From: Eubacteriales bacterium
GTDB taxonomy: Bacteria; Bacillota; Clostridia; Oscillospirales; QAKW01
Direction: 5' to 3'
Length of the DNA: 64,000 nucleotides
Assembly: GCA_045541455.1 (NCBI GenBank)
Contig: JAZQJA010000032.1
Coordinates: forward strand, 2,831-66,830
The notes under the pieces: model-generated
The model's input: the letters and a program-made list of their open reading frames with translations, nothing else
What the model was told of the DNA's origin: nothing
The model's database searches: none
Translations under genes and position numbers: made by a program
In this document: in pieces, positions 36,061-46,816 of the stretch
Layout: each line of letters opens with the position of its first letter
Numbering within the stretch: the first letter of the stretch is position 1

Positions 36061-36937
36061 TTATTTCCTCTTTCTCTTCAGGGATTTGGTCGATGTATAA
36101 ATCAAAGTCTGACATATCAGTCACAACTTCTTCATTTTTAACGACGGGTGCTTGTGCACTGTCAAGTTTTGCAAGAATTATAACGCCTAAAACAGCAACA
36201 GCAATTTCAAACAGCGCAAAAACAAACTCTGTTATATATAACTGTGTTACCTTTCCGAAAGCAAAAGCGATTAGTTTTGCAAGCGAGGTGGGTGCGCATA
36301 TTGAAATATACAGCATTGTAAAAGCACCTAACCGCTTTTTACTTATATTTACACCCGCTTTTGAGCAACTGAAACTTATAAGCATCATTGCAAGCGCACA
36401 TATTGTAAGTATTTCCAGTTTGCTTTCACTTACATGAACTTTTTCAAACGAATCAAAAAACGCTTTCACGCCGTAAACACAAATGTATATTGGCGGAAAA
36501 AAGCCAAGTACGGCGGTAACACGGCTTGTGCGTTTTGCAAACGCGTCGAATGCAAGCAACGCAAAGTATAAAGCCGACGCAAACGACAAAATTGCAACCC
36601 AGTCTAAAGTTTTGTTAGCCATCATTTGTCCAAGGCGTACACCACTGTCAAACAGCAACACAGCCGCTGCCGTAATCGAAACGCAGCCTGCACCGCTGTT
36701 ATTTAAAAGTCCGTTTGCGTAACTTTCTGTTTTGTCACCGATAAACAGCCACAACACCGCGATTAATGCCAAAACACCTATCACACCGTATAGCGACACA
36801 CTTAGTACTTTGTCAAAAACCGAATTAATACTAAACAGCCCTGAATTGTCAATAATAAAAATATACTGTAAAACGCGCAGTACCGCAGTTGTTAAAAATG
36901 CGGCAAGCGAAATTATCAAACCGTGTTTTGCTTTCAA
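36053..36937 (-). CDS. Integral membrane protein of unknown function
   Basis: 294 aa with about 8 hydrophobic helices and an acidic C-terminal tail. Overlaps the lepA start by 8 nt. Confidence 0.55.
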   Translation of the reverse strand: MKAKHGLIISLAAFLTTAVLRVLQYIFIIDNSGLFSINSVFDKVLSVSLYGVIGVLALIAVLWLFIGDKTESYANGLLNNSGAGCVSITAAAVLLFDSGVRLGQMMANKTLDWVAILSFASALYFALLAFDAFAKRTSRVTAVLGFFPPIYICVYGVKAFFDSFEKVHVSESKLEILTICALAMMLISFSCSKAGVNISKKRLGAFTMLYISICAPTSLAKLIAFAFGKVTQLYITEFVFALFEIAVAVLGVIILAKLDSAQAPVVKNEEVVTDMSDFDLYIDQIPEEKEEISE

Positions 36938-37028
36938 TGTAAGTACTCCTTTTAAAAATAGACATATTTAGTTTATTATACTATATAAATTATAAAAAAT
37001 AAATACCCATTTGAAAAATCTGTCCGTG

Positions 37029-37057
37029 TTGACAAAACGTGAGTGCGAATATATAAT
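37029..37057 (+). promoter_or_regulatory. Consensus sigma-A promoter of prfB
   Basis: TTGACA (37029-37034), 17 nt, TATAAT (37052-37057), 30 nt upstream of the ATG at 37088. Confidence 0.55.
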
Positions 37058-37087
37058 ATTGAAAGATATTTTTTAAACGGAGTTATT

Positions 37088-38185
37088 ATGATTATTATTG
37101 ACGAATACAAAATCCGCCTGTCTGCTTTAAAAGACGGGCTTGATAACCTGTATAATGCACTGAAACTTGACGAGGTTAAGCAAAAACTTAAACAGGACGA
37201 AGAACTTACAGCACAAGACGGTTTTTGGAATGATATGGAACGCAGCCAAAAGGTGTCGCAGTCTATTAAAAATGCAAAAGACACTATTGCCGAATATGAA
37301 AAACTTGTCCGTCAGTACGACGACCTTGCAACGCTTATTGAATTTGCCGATGACGGTGCGTTGGACGAGGTTGAAAGTGAAATTGTCGAGGGTTTTCCGG
37401 TGTTTGAACGTGACCTTGACAGCGCAAAACTTAAAACCTTGCTGTCGGGTGAGTATGACAAAAACAATGCCATTCTTACATTTCACGCAGGCGCAGGCGG
37501 TACCGAAGCGCAAGATTGGGTGGAAATGCTTTATCGTATGTATACAAGGTTTGCACAGCGCCACGACTACAAAATCACAGTACTTGATATGCTGGATGGT
37601 GATGAAGCCGGTATAAAAAGTGCCTCAATTCTTGTTGAGGGCGTTAACGCTTACGGCTATCTGAAAGGTGAAAACGGTGTGCACCGTCTTGTCCGTGTGT
37701 CGCCGTTTGACTCGTCGGGCAGACGCCATACATCATTTGCATCTTTAGAGGTTATGCCCGAACTTGACGACGATATAAATATAGAAATACGTGACGAAGA
37801 CTTAAAGGTTGATACCTATCGTGCATCGGGTGCCGGCGGTCAGCATGTAAATAAAACCGAAAGCGCCATTCGTATTACCCACATACCCACAGGGGTTGTC
37901 GTTGCGTGCCAAAACGAGCGTTCTCAGCATAAAAATCGCGATATGGCGATGAAAATGTTAAAATCCAAACTTGTTGAAATAAAAGAACGCGAACACCTTG
38001 AAAAAATCGAGGATATAAAGGGCGAACACATGCAAATTGGTTGGGGTTCGCAAATCCGTTCGTATGTATTTATGCCGTATACTCTTGCCAAAGACCATCG
38101 CACCGGTTTTGAGTCGGGCAATATCAACGCCGTTATGGACGGTGACATAGATGGGTTTATAAACGCTTATTTGCTATCACTTTAA
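37088..38185 (+). CDS. prfB: Peptide chain release factor 2 (single continuous frame)
   Basis: SPF tripeptide (RVSPFDS) and the GGQ motif (SGAGGQHVNKTES). ATG at 37088 with a GGAG RBS. No in-frame UGA near codon 25. Confidence 0.9.
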   Translation: MIIIDEYKIRLSALKDGLDNLYNALKLDEVKQKLKQDEELTAQDGFWNDMERSQKVSQSIKNAKDTIAEYEKLVRQYDDLATLIEFADDGALDEVESEIVEGFPVFERDLDSAKLKTLLSGEYDKNNAILTFHAGAGGTEAQDWVEMLYRMYTRFAQRHDYKITVLDMLDGDEAGIKSASILVEGVNAYGYLKGENGVHRLVRVSPFDSSGRRHTSFASLEVMPELDDDINIEIRDEDLKVDTYRASGAGGQHVNKTESAIRITHIPTGVVVACQNERSQHKNRDMAMKMLKSKLVEIKEREHLEKIEDIKGEHMQIGWGSQIRSYVFMPYTLAKDHRTGFESGNINAVMDGDIDGFINAYLLSL

Positions 38186-38186
38186 T

Positions 38187-38219
38187 AAAAAAACTGCACA
38201 AAGTTTGTGCAGTTTTTTT
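38187..38219 (+). terminator. Rho-independent terminator
   Basis: actgcacaaa / tttgtgcagt stem followed by T7. Confidence 0.75.
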
Positions 38220-38332
38220 GTTTAGAATGCAATACAAATGTATCAGTTATGTTACATTTTAAAATTGCGCGTTGACTATCAGTATTAATATATATATAAT
38301 CAAAATATCAATAAATCCGGGAGGAAATTGTA

Positions 38333-40297
38333 ATGAAACTTGCAAAAAGCTTACTTTCTGCTTTAATCATTGTTATTTTAAGTTGCACCATGTGTGTTTC
38401 TACATTTGCGGCTTATAACGATGTTGCTGCAGACAACGAAAACCTTAAGGCTATCGAATTTGTCGATAAACTCGGTGTTATTCCAAGTACTTGGAATGGT
38501 GATTTTAAACCCGACCAGTACCTTACACGTGCCGATGCACTTATGGCTGTTTACAGAACGCTTTACGGCAGTGATATTAACAAAGCTGAATATGAAGAAG
38601 CTGCAAACGCTATTGAATACATAGAATCGGGTGAAACGGGCGACGTTTCTGCTACTGCAGCACTTCGTTATTATATAGCATGGGGTATTGATAATTATAT
38701 TGTGGCATCGTCTACAGAAAACTCAATGTTCCGTCCTTCAGAGCCTGTTACGGCAAACGAACTTTCTGCTTTGCTTGCAAAAATTCTTCGTCTTGTAGAA
38801 GATGAAAACGCACAGTTCCCTGACGGTTATACCGATCTTGTTTCTGAACTTATGGGTTCTGTAGAGGCTGGTGAAGACCCCGTTACAAGAGAACAGGCAG
38901 CTGTTATTTTCACAAACGCTATTACATCTGTTGAGGGCACTCCCGGTGAACTCGGTGTTTACACCGACTTTGACGGTGCTCCTCTCGATTCACTTGCAGT
39001 AAATGTATTCTGTATGGATACAGTTGACCTTGTAATCCGTGCAACTACAACAAGAAATCTTGGTTACAACGTTAAAAACGGTACACTTCTTTCAAACGGT
39101 GCCGACATCGACTTGGGCTCTGACTTCTCTGATTATATCGGCTACGGTATCTCACTTACATACCGTGATTCAGATGCTTCGGGTACATACACCGAGGATG
39201 AGGAAGTTTTGACATACTCAATCAGTTCAACCAAAACAGTAACCGTTCCCGCTTCAAGCCTTAAAATTTCATCAGGTAGTTCAATTGCTGTTGAATCCGA
39301 ATCGGGCACATTAAACTTAGGTTCGTCAACATATATGTATCTAAACGATAATCCTTGGCCTTTAAATGACGACAAGTACGATCTTATTAAACTTGTTACA
39401 TCAATTGGTGTTGACACAACAATCGAATCGCGCGACGGTTTCTTGTTTAAATGTATGCAGGCTACATCAACAGATACAGTTTATGCAACAGTATTTGCAA
39501 CAGAGTCAAAACCCGGTAAAGTTGTTGGTATTAACAATGGTTATTACACAATTTTAGACTATTACTATGCAGGTTCTGACAATGAATACAGAACTTATAA
39601 TGTTCTTGATTGTAAATTTGGCACAACCGTTAAGGTTGGTGATTATGTAAGTTTCTACGAAAGCGGAGATAAAGTATATATCAATCCCGGTAACACTCTT
39701 ACAGCCGGTGTTAAAGAAACAAAAGTTGATAAATATACAGGTGTGTTCTCCATTGTATTTGACAATGATGTTTCAGGTTTCAAACATGCTTTCTATGTAG
39801 AAGGTGATACACCTATCGTTGCAAACAAAAAAGGTGAAGGCGAGAAATACAACTTTATTATGGATGACACAGGTGATAACTATGTTATTACTTGGGAAGC
39901 AATAAAAACAAACTACAAAACATTAGAAATTACAGAACTTACTGATGATGCTGCAAAATCAAGCATTACCGTTAAGGCTGTTGACCTTGCTACAGGCAAA
40001 GAAGTAAAGGCATTTACTGTTAAATATGACAACATCAACGCACCTACAGCATTAAAGGTCGGTGACATTGTTAACTACAGCGACAACGGTGCCGAAACTC
40101 CCAAAGCATATCTTGAAAAGAGAGCTACTATAACAGTTCAGGTTATGGATATGGGTGATCATATAATAGATATGAACACAAATAAAGTTTATTACAAGAG
40201 CCAGTATATTAAAGACGGCGGTGTTTTAGAGTCGGGCTTTACATATAAACTTACTCTTGATATGGCAAACTGTGTTGTAACTGCTGAAAAACTTTAA
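38333..40297 (+). CDS. Secreted SLH-domain cell-wall-associated protein
   Basis: Signal peptide ending FAAY. N-terminal SLH-like repeats (FVDKLGVIPSTWNGDFKPDQYLTRADALMAVYR; FRPSEPVTANELSALLAKI; VTREQAAVIFTNAI). The roughly 450-aa C-terminal region is unassigned. Confidence 0.7.
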   Translation: MKLAKSLLSALIIVILSCTMCVSTFAAYNDVAADNENLKAIEFVDKLGVIPSTWNGDFKPDQYLTRADALMAVYRTLYGSDINKAEYEEAANAIEYIESGETGDVSATAALRYYIAWGIDNYIVASSTENSMFRPSEPVTANELSALLAKILRLVEDENAQFPDGYTDLVSELMGSVEAGEDPVTREQAAVIFTNAITSVEGTPGELGVYTDFDGAPLDSLAVNVFCMDTVDLVIRATTTRNLGYNVKNGTLLSNGADIDLGSDFSDYIGYGISLTYRDSDASGTYTEDEEVLTYSISSTKTVTVPASSLKISSGSSIAVESESGTLNLGSSTYMYLNDNPWPLNDDKYDLIKLVTSIGVDTTIESRDGFLFKCMQATSTDTVYATVFATESKPGKVVGINNGYYTILDYYYAGSDNEYRTYNVLDCKFGTTVKVGDYVSFYESGDKVYINPGNTLTAGVKETKVDKYTGVFSIVFDNDVSGFKHAFYVEGDTPIVANKKGEGEKYNFIMDDTGDNYVITWEAIKTNYKTLEITELTDDAAKSSITVKAVDLATGKEVKAFTVKYDNINAPTALKVGDIVNYSDNGAETPKAYLEKRATITVQVMDMGDHIIDMNTNKVYYKSQYIKDGGVLESGFTYKLTLDMANCVVTAEKL

Positions 40298-40313
40298 TTT
40301 TTAACAATACATA

Positions 40314-40357
40314 AAAAGCAGGCTGTAAAAAACAATTGTTTTTTACAGCCTGCTTTT
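40314..40357. terminator. Terminator (hairpin family B, copy 2)
   Basis: aaaagcaggctgtaaaaaac, loop aatt, gttttttacagcctgctttt: a perfect 20-bp stem. Confidence 0.75.
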
Positions 40358-40461
40358 AATTAACAACGAAACTAACTTTAATTTTATTTAAAAAAATTAT
40401 TCATAATTTTGAAATAATACCCGTCTATAATAAATATATAAAAACGAAGGGTTGGGTTACA

Positions 40462-41694
40462 ATGAACGATAATTTTAACAATTCAAATTATACATTTTCG
40501 CCAAACGGCGAATATCGTGGTTACGGATATACCGACAAGCCCAAACAGAAAAAACCGAAGAAAAAACTCGGCACTGTTTCAACCGTTGCAATATGTGTTG
40601 TATTTTCACTTATCGCCGGGGTTGCGGGCGGCGCACTGGGTGCGGTAATTATCGGTGATGGCGCCGGTAATGCGGTGCTTGGCAATACGGCAGTAATTTA
40701 CCGCGATGTTAACATTGCAGACAAAGACGGAAACGACATTAAAAATGCCTTGACTGTCGGACAGATTGCCGATATGGCAAAAGATAGTGTGGTTGAAATT
40801 ACAACCGAGGCAGTGCAGACCGGCTCGTTTATGATGCAATATGTAAGTGAGGGTGCCGGCAGTGGTGTGATAATCACTGAAGACGGCTATATTGCTACAA
40901 ATTATCACGTAATTGACGGTGCGACTAAAGTATCTGTCCGTACAACTGACGGAACAAGTTATGAAGCAAAAATTGTTGGCGGCGATGAAAAAAGTGACCT
41001 TGCTGTTTTAAAAATAGAGGCTAAAGAACTTGTAAGCGCAGTTGTTGGCGACTTTGAAAAATGCAAGGTGGGTGATACGGTTGTTGCAATCGGCAATCCG
41101 CTTGGCCAACTTGGCGGGACTGTTACCGACGGTATTATAAGTGCGCTTGACAGAGAAATTACAATTGATAATAATATAATGACGCTTATTCAAACCAACA
41201 CCGCAATAAACCCCGGCAACTCGGGCGGTGGGCTGTTTAACCAAAGCGGTCAACTTATTGGTATTGTAAATGCAAAATCATCCGGTGAAGACGTTGAAGG
41301 TCTTGGTTTTGCAATTCCTATTGATGTTGCAAGCACCGTAATTTCCGACCTTATCGAGCACGGCTATGTAACAGGCAGGGTCGAAACAGGCATAGAAGTT
41401 TTAGAGATAAACGATTTTCACACCGCTATGTATTACCGTGTGTCGCAAGCAGGCCTTTATGTATACAGTGTAGAAGACAACTCGCACGCACAAAGGGCAG
41501 GTTTTAAAGCCGGCGACCTTATAAAATCGCTTGACGGCCTTTCAATTACGACCGAAGAAGAATATAACAAAATATTAAAAGACCACGCCATAGGCGATGT
41601 TATAAGTGTTGTGGTAGTACGGGGCGGAAAAGAACTCACTTTAAATCTTGAATTGTACGAGTACACCCCAACAACCGGCAACCAGATATTCTAA
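40462..41694 (+). CDS. HtrA/DegP-family serine protease with a PDZ domain
   Basis: N-terminal TM anchor. The catalytic triad context is TNYHVI, DLAVLK and GNSGGGL. C-terminal PDZ (AGFKAGDLIKSLDG). Confidence 0.85.
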   Translation: MNDNFNNSNYTFSPNGEYRGYGYTDKPKQKKPKKKLGTVSTVAICVVFSLIAGVAGGALGAVIIGDGAGNAVLGNTAVIYRDVNIADKDGNDIKNALTVGQIADMAKDSVVEITTEAVQTGSFMMQYVSEGAGSGVIITEDGYIATNYHVIDGATKVSVRTTDGTSYEAKIVGGDEKSDLAVLKIEAKELVSAVVGDFEKCKVGDTVVAIGNPLGQLGGTVTDGIISALDREITIDNNIMTLIQTNTAINPGNSGGGLFNQSGQLIGIVNAKSSGEDVEGLGFAIPIDVASTVISDLIEHGYVTGRVETGIEVLEINDFHTAMYYRVSQAGLYVYSVEDNSHAQRAGFKAGDLIKSLDGLSITTEEEYNKILKDHAIGDVISVVVVRGGKELTLNLELYEYTPTTGNQIF

Positions 41695-41731
41695 ATTAAT
41701 TTTTTAGAAAATAATACAACCTTTACAAAAT

Positions 41732-41765
41732 AAAAATATCGCATAAAATTTTATGCGATATTTTT
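41732..41765. terminator. Bidirectional terminator
   Basis: Perfect palindrome aaaaatatcgcataaaa / ttttatgcgatattttt between convergent genes. Confidence 0.75.
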
Positions 41766-41772
41766 TATTGTT

Positions 41773-43407
41773 TTATTTTTTTATGTATCCCAAAGATTCG
41801 TGGAACTCGTTGCCTGAAAGCGCATATTTTTTCACTTTTTCGGCAAAAGAGGAATTACATAACCTTGTATTAAGGTTTAAGATGTTCGTGTCCCATGTAA
41901 AGACATATTTAAGAATGGCAAACGACTCATCCTCTTGCTTTATATCAAATAAGTTTTGGAACTTTATGATATTGCTGTTTTCGTCAAGCAGTTGCTTAAG
42001 AGTGCTGTCAAGTAACCATGAATGGCAGGTAAAATTCTCATATTCAAACTCAGGAAAATGCTTTGTAAAAAATACCTTTGCACGTGCTATAGATGCCTGA
42101 CACTCTGCAATATCAAGCGGTGCGCCGGCGGGTATGTGAATTTCTATAACATTGTTTTCATATTTGTCTTTACCCATGCAAAACTGAAGTCTGCCGAGTT
42201 TAAACAGTTTCATAGAAAGGTGACGTGAAAGCCAACAAAGTTCACCAAGGTACAGCCCGCCTTTTATCTGACTCCATGTATTTGTCCAGATAACAATATC
42301 ACTAAGCGTGTCAATTAATATTTCATTGTCTATGCCCTTGTTTTTATATTTGGTTTCAAGAAGGTGGGCAAAGTAGAGAAATGACAAAAGGTTGCGCGCC
42401 CCGTCTTGACAGTTTTTGTCATAACCGTCAATGGTTATCGCGTCGGATATTTTGAGTTGTGACAGTGCTTTATAAAACTCGTTGTTATATTCTTTTGGGA
42501 AGTTAAGTCGAAGATACATATCTTCAATTATCTTTTGCATATCCTGCCTTACAGGCGACCAATGTTTGTCGTTATCACAGTCGGGACTTATGTGGTTATG
42601 CACCAATTCGGTTTTGCCGAGAAAACGGAAAAGATTATCACGGTAGAGTTTTTGGCGGTTTTCAAGGCTTACACCAAGTTCGTCCATTATCTTAGCGTCA
42701 ATGTCAAGCCATTTTGTGCACCACTCGGCGCGGTAACTGTCTGCAGACGCATCAGTGCCGAACATTATGTTGTCACCGACATCGTAACCAATGGTATACA
42801 GTTTTGTAATAAGTTCGCGTCGGTATATTTCAGGGGTGCCGGGGGTGATGTCAAAAAACATCTCTGCCGTTTTTTTATCGCCGCCTGCATTCATAAATTT
42901 ACCGTACATTGCAATACACTCGTCTATCCACGGCCACGAACAATGCCCCATTGAAAAGCGCAGGCCTTCTATCTTTAAAAGCGGCTCCCAGTTAAGAGGT
43001 CTGTTGTGGTTTGAGGAAACCTCACCGTCCCATAATATTCCCGAATGGAAAAATACAGGCTTGTTTAAAGCCGCAATCTCGCGTAGCAGAGCCATAGGAG
43101 TGTCTTCATAGATATAGTAGTCTGTGCATATCATTTTAAAAGCGGCAATACCGCGGTCGGCTGCTTTCTTTATATTTTCAAAAATGTCTTTTTCGTAAGG
43201 GTGTATCCACATAACAGGGAAAAGCCTGTCGGGATAGCCTTTAGTCCAGTTAAGAACGGTATTAAGGCGGGTTTCAAAATCTGCACTATGAGGCCAGTCG
43301 GAAAATACACAGCCGCCGTAAACACCCGCTGTATCCATTTTGTCTAAAAGTGATTTCGGGTTGGGAGTGCCGCCAAAGTTATGTATATGCATATCAAATA
43401 TCTGCAT
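41773..43407 (-). CDS. Two-domain protein: N-terminal metal-dependent amidohydrolase (TIM barrel) + C-terminal acyltransferase-like domain
   Basis: The N-terminus MQIFDMHIHNFGG (HxH metal motif), together with later FHSGI and GTDA segments, fits the amidohydrolase_2 fold. The roughly 260-aa C-terminal half resembles uncharacterised acyltransferase-domain proteins (tentative). Confidence 0.55.
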   Translation of the reverse strand: MQIFDMHIHNFGGTPNPKSLLDKMDTAGVYGGCVFSDWPHSADFETRLNTVLNWTKGYPDRLFPVMWIHPYEKDIFENIKKAADRGIAAFKMICTDYYIYEDTPMALLREIAALNKPVFFHSGILWDGEVSSNHNRPLNWEPLLKIEGLRFSMGHCSWPWIDECIAMYGKFMNAGGDKKTAEMFFDITPGTPEIYRRELITKLYTIGYDVGDNIMFGTDASADSYRAEWCTKWLDIDAKIMDELGVSLENRQKLYRDNLFRFLGKTELVHNHISPDCDNDKHWSPVRQDMQKIIEDMYLRLNFPKEYNNEFYKALSQLKISDAITIDGYDKNCQDGARNLLSFLYFAHLLETKYKNKGIDNEILIDTLSDIVIWTNTWSQIKGGLYLGELCWLSRHLSMKLFKLGRLQFCMGKDKYENNVIEIHIPAGAPLDIAECQASIARAKVFFTKHFPEFEYENFTCHSWLLDSTLKQLLDENSNIIKFQNLFDIKQEDESFAILKYVFTWDTNILNLNTRLCNSSFAEKVKKYALSGNEFHESLGYIKK

Positions 43408-43422
43408 AAGTTTCTCCGTTTT

Positions 43423-44310
43423 TTATTTTACAAATGTATCTGTAAATTTTCTAAGATATTTACCTAGATATTCAACAGTGTCTTCAAGACTGTAGCCAAG
43501 TTTTGCAAGGTTTATTTCGTAGTTATAAACACCGTTATATCCCACTTCTTCAAGCGCATTAAAGGTGTCTTTCCAATTAATAGTGCCTTGTCCTGGAATA
43601 AGGTGCTGGTCAGAACAACCGTTGTTGTCGTGAAGATGTAAAACCTTAGTGCGTGCACCAAACATTCTTATAAAATTGCCTGCTGATAAAAAGCCTGCAT
43701 CAATTGCAGCGTTTGTGTGTCCTGTGTCCATACAAAATGCTTTCATATCAGTCGGTATGCTCTCATACTCTTCAAACATTCTTTCAGGATGAGCAAAATG
43801 GTCAAAACCTGCAACACCTTTGTGTTTGCAGCGTCCAAAAGTTTCAAGACACATTTTAACCTTAAACTGTTCAGCACAGGGCAAAATTTGGGCATACATA
43901 TTTTGATTTTCAATATGCATTTCCTTTGCAGTTTTGTCAAACCCCCAATGCATTGTCGAAATGCAGTGAACAACAGTATAGTCGGTGCCCAGTATGCGTG
44001 ATGCCTCAATTCCGCAGTTTGCTATGTGCAAAAGTTCTTCGTTTTTTTGTGCATCGGGAGTGTATGCGCCGACAAGGTTGTGTGTTTGTGCAATTTCAAT
44101 GCCAAGTTCGTCTGCTTTGTTTTTAACAGTTGTAAAGTATTCCAAAAACTCATCGTGGCCCATATTGTAAACATCAGGCCTTGAACGTTTGCCGTAGCCT
44201 ACAACGTCAAAATCAACAGCGTCAAAGCCTGCTTTTTTTGCCATTTCAAGCGCTTTTAAATCGCCGTAGCGTGCCTGAAGTGTGCCAACGCTTAAACTAA
44301 TTTTTGCCAT
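43423..44310 (-). CDS. Sugar phosphate isomerase/epimerase (xylose isomerase-like TIM barrel)
   Basis: FDAVDF, CLETF, DTGH and LHLHDN segments are typical of the AP_endonuc_2 fold. Start at the ATG 44308-44310 with a GAAGGAGAG RBS. Confidence 0.75.
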   Translation of the reverse strand: MAKISLSVGTLQARYGDLKALEMAKKAGFDAVDFDVVGYGKRSRPDVYNMGHDEFLEYFTTVKNKADELGIEIAQTHNLVGAYTPDAQKNEELLHIANCGIEASRILGTDYTVVHCISTMHWGFDKTAKEMHIENQNMYAQILPCAEQFKVKMCLETFGRCKHKGVAGFDHFAHPERMFEEYESIPTDMKAFCMDTGHTNAAIDAGFLSAGNFIRMFGARTKVLHLHDNNGCSDQHLIPGQGTINWKDTFNALEEVGYNGVYNYEINLAKLGYSLEDTVEYLGKYLRKFTDTFVK

Positions 44311-44815
44311 AATAAATCTCTCCTTCATCCATGACCGTTTTAATGTTAGTTATTTCACAGCCCTTTTTAAGAGCAAGGTCAACCGTGTATTTTGTGCCGC
44401 CGCTGTTTTTGCGTAAAAAACAGATACAATAGTCACTGTGCATTACAAGTTCTCTGTTGCGCTTGTGCATACACCCACTGTAATATTTGTCCGAAACATA
44501 ATGAATTTCATCTGCCAATTCTAAAGTATTACGGTATATTTTCTTTTGAAAATCGCTAAAATACTTGTCTTGATCTTTGCAAGGAAGAATAAGTATAAGT
44601 TTTGTTTGCGGTAACTTTTTACGCAGTTTTATAACTTCATTTGCTGCATACTGGTCAAAACCCACAGCACCACCGCAAAGAAAATATCTGCAGCCGCGCG
44701 AATAATGGTCCAACAGTATGTCTTGCATATATTTATCAAGAAAGATGTATTCGTTTTGGGTAATATCGCGGTGCCCTGTAAAAAAGCACGCCTTATTTTG
44801 TTCAATGTTCATCAT
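44297..44815 (-). CDS. SLOG-superfamily YpsA/DUF1273-like protein
   Basis: CFFTGHRDI N-terminal motif and a Gly-rich loop FLCGGAVGFDQYAANEV. About 170 aa. Overlaps the upstream kinase stop and the downstream isomerase start. Confidence 0.7.
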   Translation of the reverse strand: MMNIEQNKACFFTGHRDITQNEYIFLDKYMQDILLDHYSRGCRYFLCGGAVGFDQYAANEVIKLRKKLPQTKLILILPCKDQDKYFSDFQKKIYRNTLELADEIHYVSDKYYSGCMHKRNRELVMHSDYCICFLRKNSGGTKYTVDLALKKGCEITNIKTVMDEGEIYYGKN

Positions 44816-46148
44816 AAATCAATTCAAACTTTGTGTATTCGTTAATCTCGCTTTGTACCGTTATACGTGCATTCATTGCTTTTGCACATTCAAGCGCAAT
44901 TGCAAGCCCCAGCCCGCTTCCGCCGGTCTGACGCGAGCGAGCTTTGTCGGTGCGGTAAAACCGTTCAAAAACGTGTTTTAAATCCTCTTTATCAATGCCT
45001 ATACCATTATCCCAAACCGAAACGCTATTGTCCTTAACGCTGATAATAACGCGTCCGCCCTGTTTGGAATATTTAACGGCGTTGGTTAAAAGGTTTGTAA
45101 TAACAGTAACCGTTTTGTCAAAATCAGCCTTGGTTTCACCTTTGCCATTAACTGTTATTTCAATACCCTTTTTGTCTGCTTCAAATTTTAATGTGTCTGC
45201 AATATCTGTGCAGATTTTAAATAAGTCGATTTTTTCGTTGGCAGTAATTTTTTGCTCAAGCCTTGAAATTTTAAGTAGTTGCGATACAATATCGGTCATT
45301 CTGTCAACTTCGCTGTCAATTACCGTTAAAAACTTTTTCTGTGTGTCGCTGTCAACTTGGGTGTTGCAAAGCGTTTGGCTGTAACTTTTAATAACGGTAA
45401 GCGGAGTTTTAAGTTCGTGCGATACGTTGGCAACAAACTCTTTTCGTGAAGTTTCTGCTTGTTTTAATGTATTAAAATCGTCTTGTATCTGACTTCCCAT
45501 TTCGTTAAAAACACGGCATAAACTTCCCACTTCATCCGCTGTTTTAATCTCAATTTTTTCAAACTCGCCTTTAGACATACGCTTAGCCCCGTACTCCAGT
45601 TTTTTAAGAGATGCGGTAAGACGCTTTGAAATTATAAAACTTAATAACAGCGCAAGCCCGATTCCTATAATAAGTGCTTGCAAAAACAAAAACGAAATTT
45701 CGTAAATACCGTCAAGCAACTCACGTTTAGTATCAACTATATAAATCAATATGCCGTTTTCAAGCGGTTTTGCACAGCATATTATTTTATCAGTGATTGA
45801 GTCTGTAACGGCAAATTCTCCCAGTAAACCCTTGTTTAACACTGCACTTTTTTCAATAATGCCGCCAGAAGCGGAACTTTTTACAATATTGCCGTTTAAA
45901 AATATGTAATAATCTTTAACTGATGTGTTGCACAGTTGCTGACTTTTGTTGTCAAGATAATTTTTGGCTTTGTCAACACTGTCAATTTGCGATACGGCGC
46001 CGTCCTCTAAAAGCGGCAACACCGTTTTTTCAAAATCACGGTGGTAGTCAACGGTCATATTTACAATTAAAATGGCGCCCACAAATGTAAGTACTGTGAT
46101 TACAACCGCAAGTATTGAAATGTTAATTTTTGTAGAAATCTTTTTCAT
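44802..46148 (-). CDS. Sensor histidine kinase (2 TM, HAMP, HisKA, HATPase_c)
   Basis: H-box FVANVSHELKTPLT, N-box LLTNAVKYS, and G-boxes DNGIGI and GGSGLGLAI. Confidence 0.85.
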   Translation of the reverse strand: MKKISTKINISILAVVITVLTFVGAILIVNMTVDYHRDFEKTVLPLLEDGAVSQIDSVDKAKNYLDNKSQQLCNTSVKDYYIFLNGNIVKSSASGGIIEKSAVLNKGLLGEFAVTDSITDKIICCAKPLENGILIYIVDTKRELLDGIYEISFLFLQALIIGIGLALLLSFIISKRLTASLKKLEYGAKRMSKGEFEKIEIKTADEVGSLCRVFNEMGSQIQDDFNTLKQAETSRKEFVANVSHELKTPLTVIKSYSQTLCNTQVDSDTQKKFLTVIDSEVDRMTDIVSQLLKISRLEQKITANEKIDLFKICTDIADTLKFEADKKGIEITVNGKGETKADFDKTVTVITNLLTNAVKYSKQGGRVIISVKDNSVSVWDNGIGIDKEDLKHVFERFYRTDKARSRQTGGSGLGLAIALECAKAMNARITVQSEINEYTKFELIYDEH

Positions 46149-46816
46149 ACTATATAATACCCCACACCCCGTCGGCTGAGAATAATCTCAGGTGTGCCGG
46201 GTGCAAGTTCAATTTTGGCACGCAGCCTGCCAATTGCAACATCAACGGTGTGTAAATCACCCAGATACCCGTCGTATCCCCACACTTTTTCAAGTATCTG
46301 TTCGCGAGTTATAACTTTGCCGCGGTTTTTTACAAGTAACGACAAAATTTCAAACTCCTTTTTGCTTACAGAAAGTTCGTTTTGTCCGCGAAAAACGGTG
46401 TGCTTTGATAAATCTATCGTAATATCACAAACCTGCATAACTCCGTTTTGACTAATGCCTGCACGGTTTAAGTTTACTTTAATACGTGCAATAAGTTCAT
46501 TTATCGAAAACGGCTTTGTCATATAATCATCAGCCATCAGCGAAAGCCCTTCAAGTTTATCCTGCTCATCATTACGTGCGGACAGTATAATAACGGGTAT
46601 GTCAGACTTTTCGCGCAGTGATTTTAACACTTCAAAACCGGACATTGAGGGCAGCATAACATCAAGCACAAGCAGGTCAAAGCGCTCATTAAAAAGTCGC
46701 GCAAGCCCTGCCGCACCATCATACTCCTGCACCGCCTCAAATCCTGCATTTTTAAGGTTGAACGCGATTATAGAGGATATATTTTCATCGTCTTCTAAAA
46801 TTAAAATTCTGCTCAT
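46145..46816 (-). CDS. OmpR/PhoB-family response regulator
   Basis: Receiver domain ILILEDD...LLVLDVMLP...KPF and a winged-helix C-terminus (LSRRGVGY). ATGA overlap with the kinase gene. Confidence 0.9.
   Translation of the reverse strand: MSRILILEDDENISSIIAFNLKNAGFEAVQEYDGAAGLARLFNERFDLLVLDVMLPSMSGFEVLKSLREKSDIPVIILSARNDEQDKLEGLSLMADDYMTKPFSINELIARIKVNLNRAGISQNGVMQVCDITIDLSKHTVFRGQNELSVSKKEFEILSLLVKNRGKVITREQILEKVWGYDGYLGDLHTVDVAIGRLRAKIELAPGTPEIILSRRGVGYYIV

Noticed and set aside
37088-37180. Programmed +1 frameshift site expected in many prfB genes (CUU UGA C near codon 25 with an upstream SD-like element)
   Set aside because: The gene is one continuous frame. The corresponding position reads aaa ctt gac gag (K-L-D-E), with no in-frame UGA. 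This RF2 is encoded without frameshift autoregulation.
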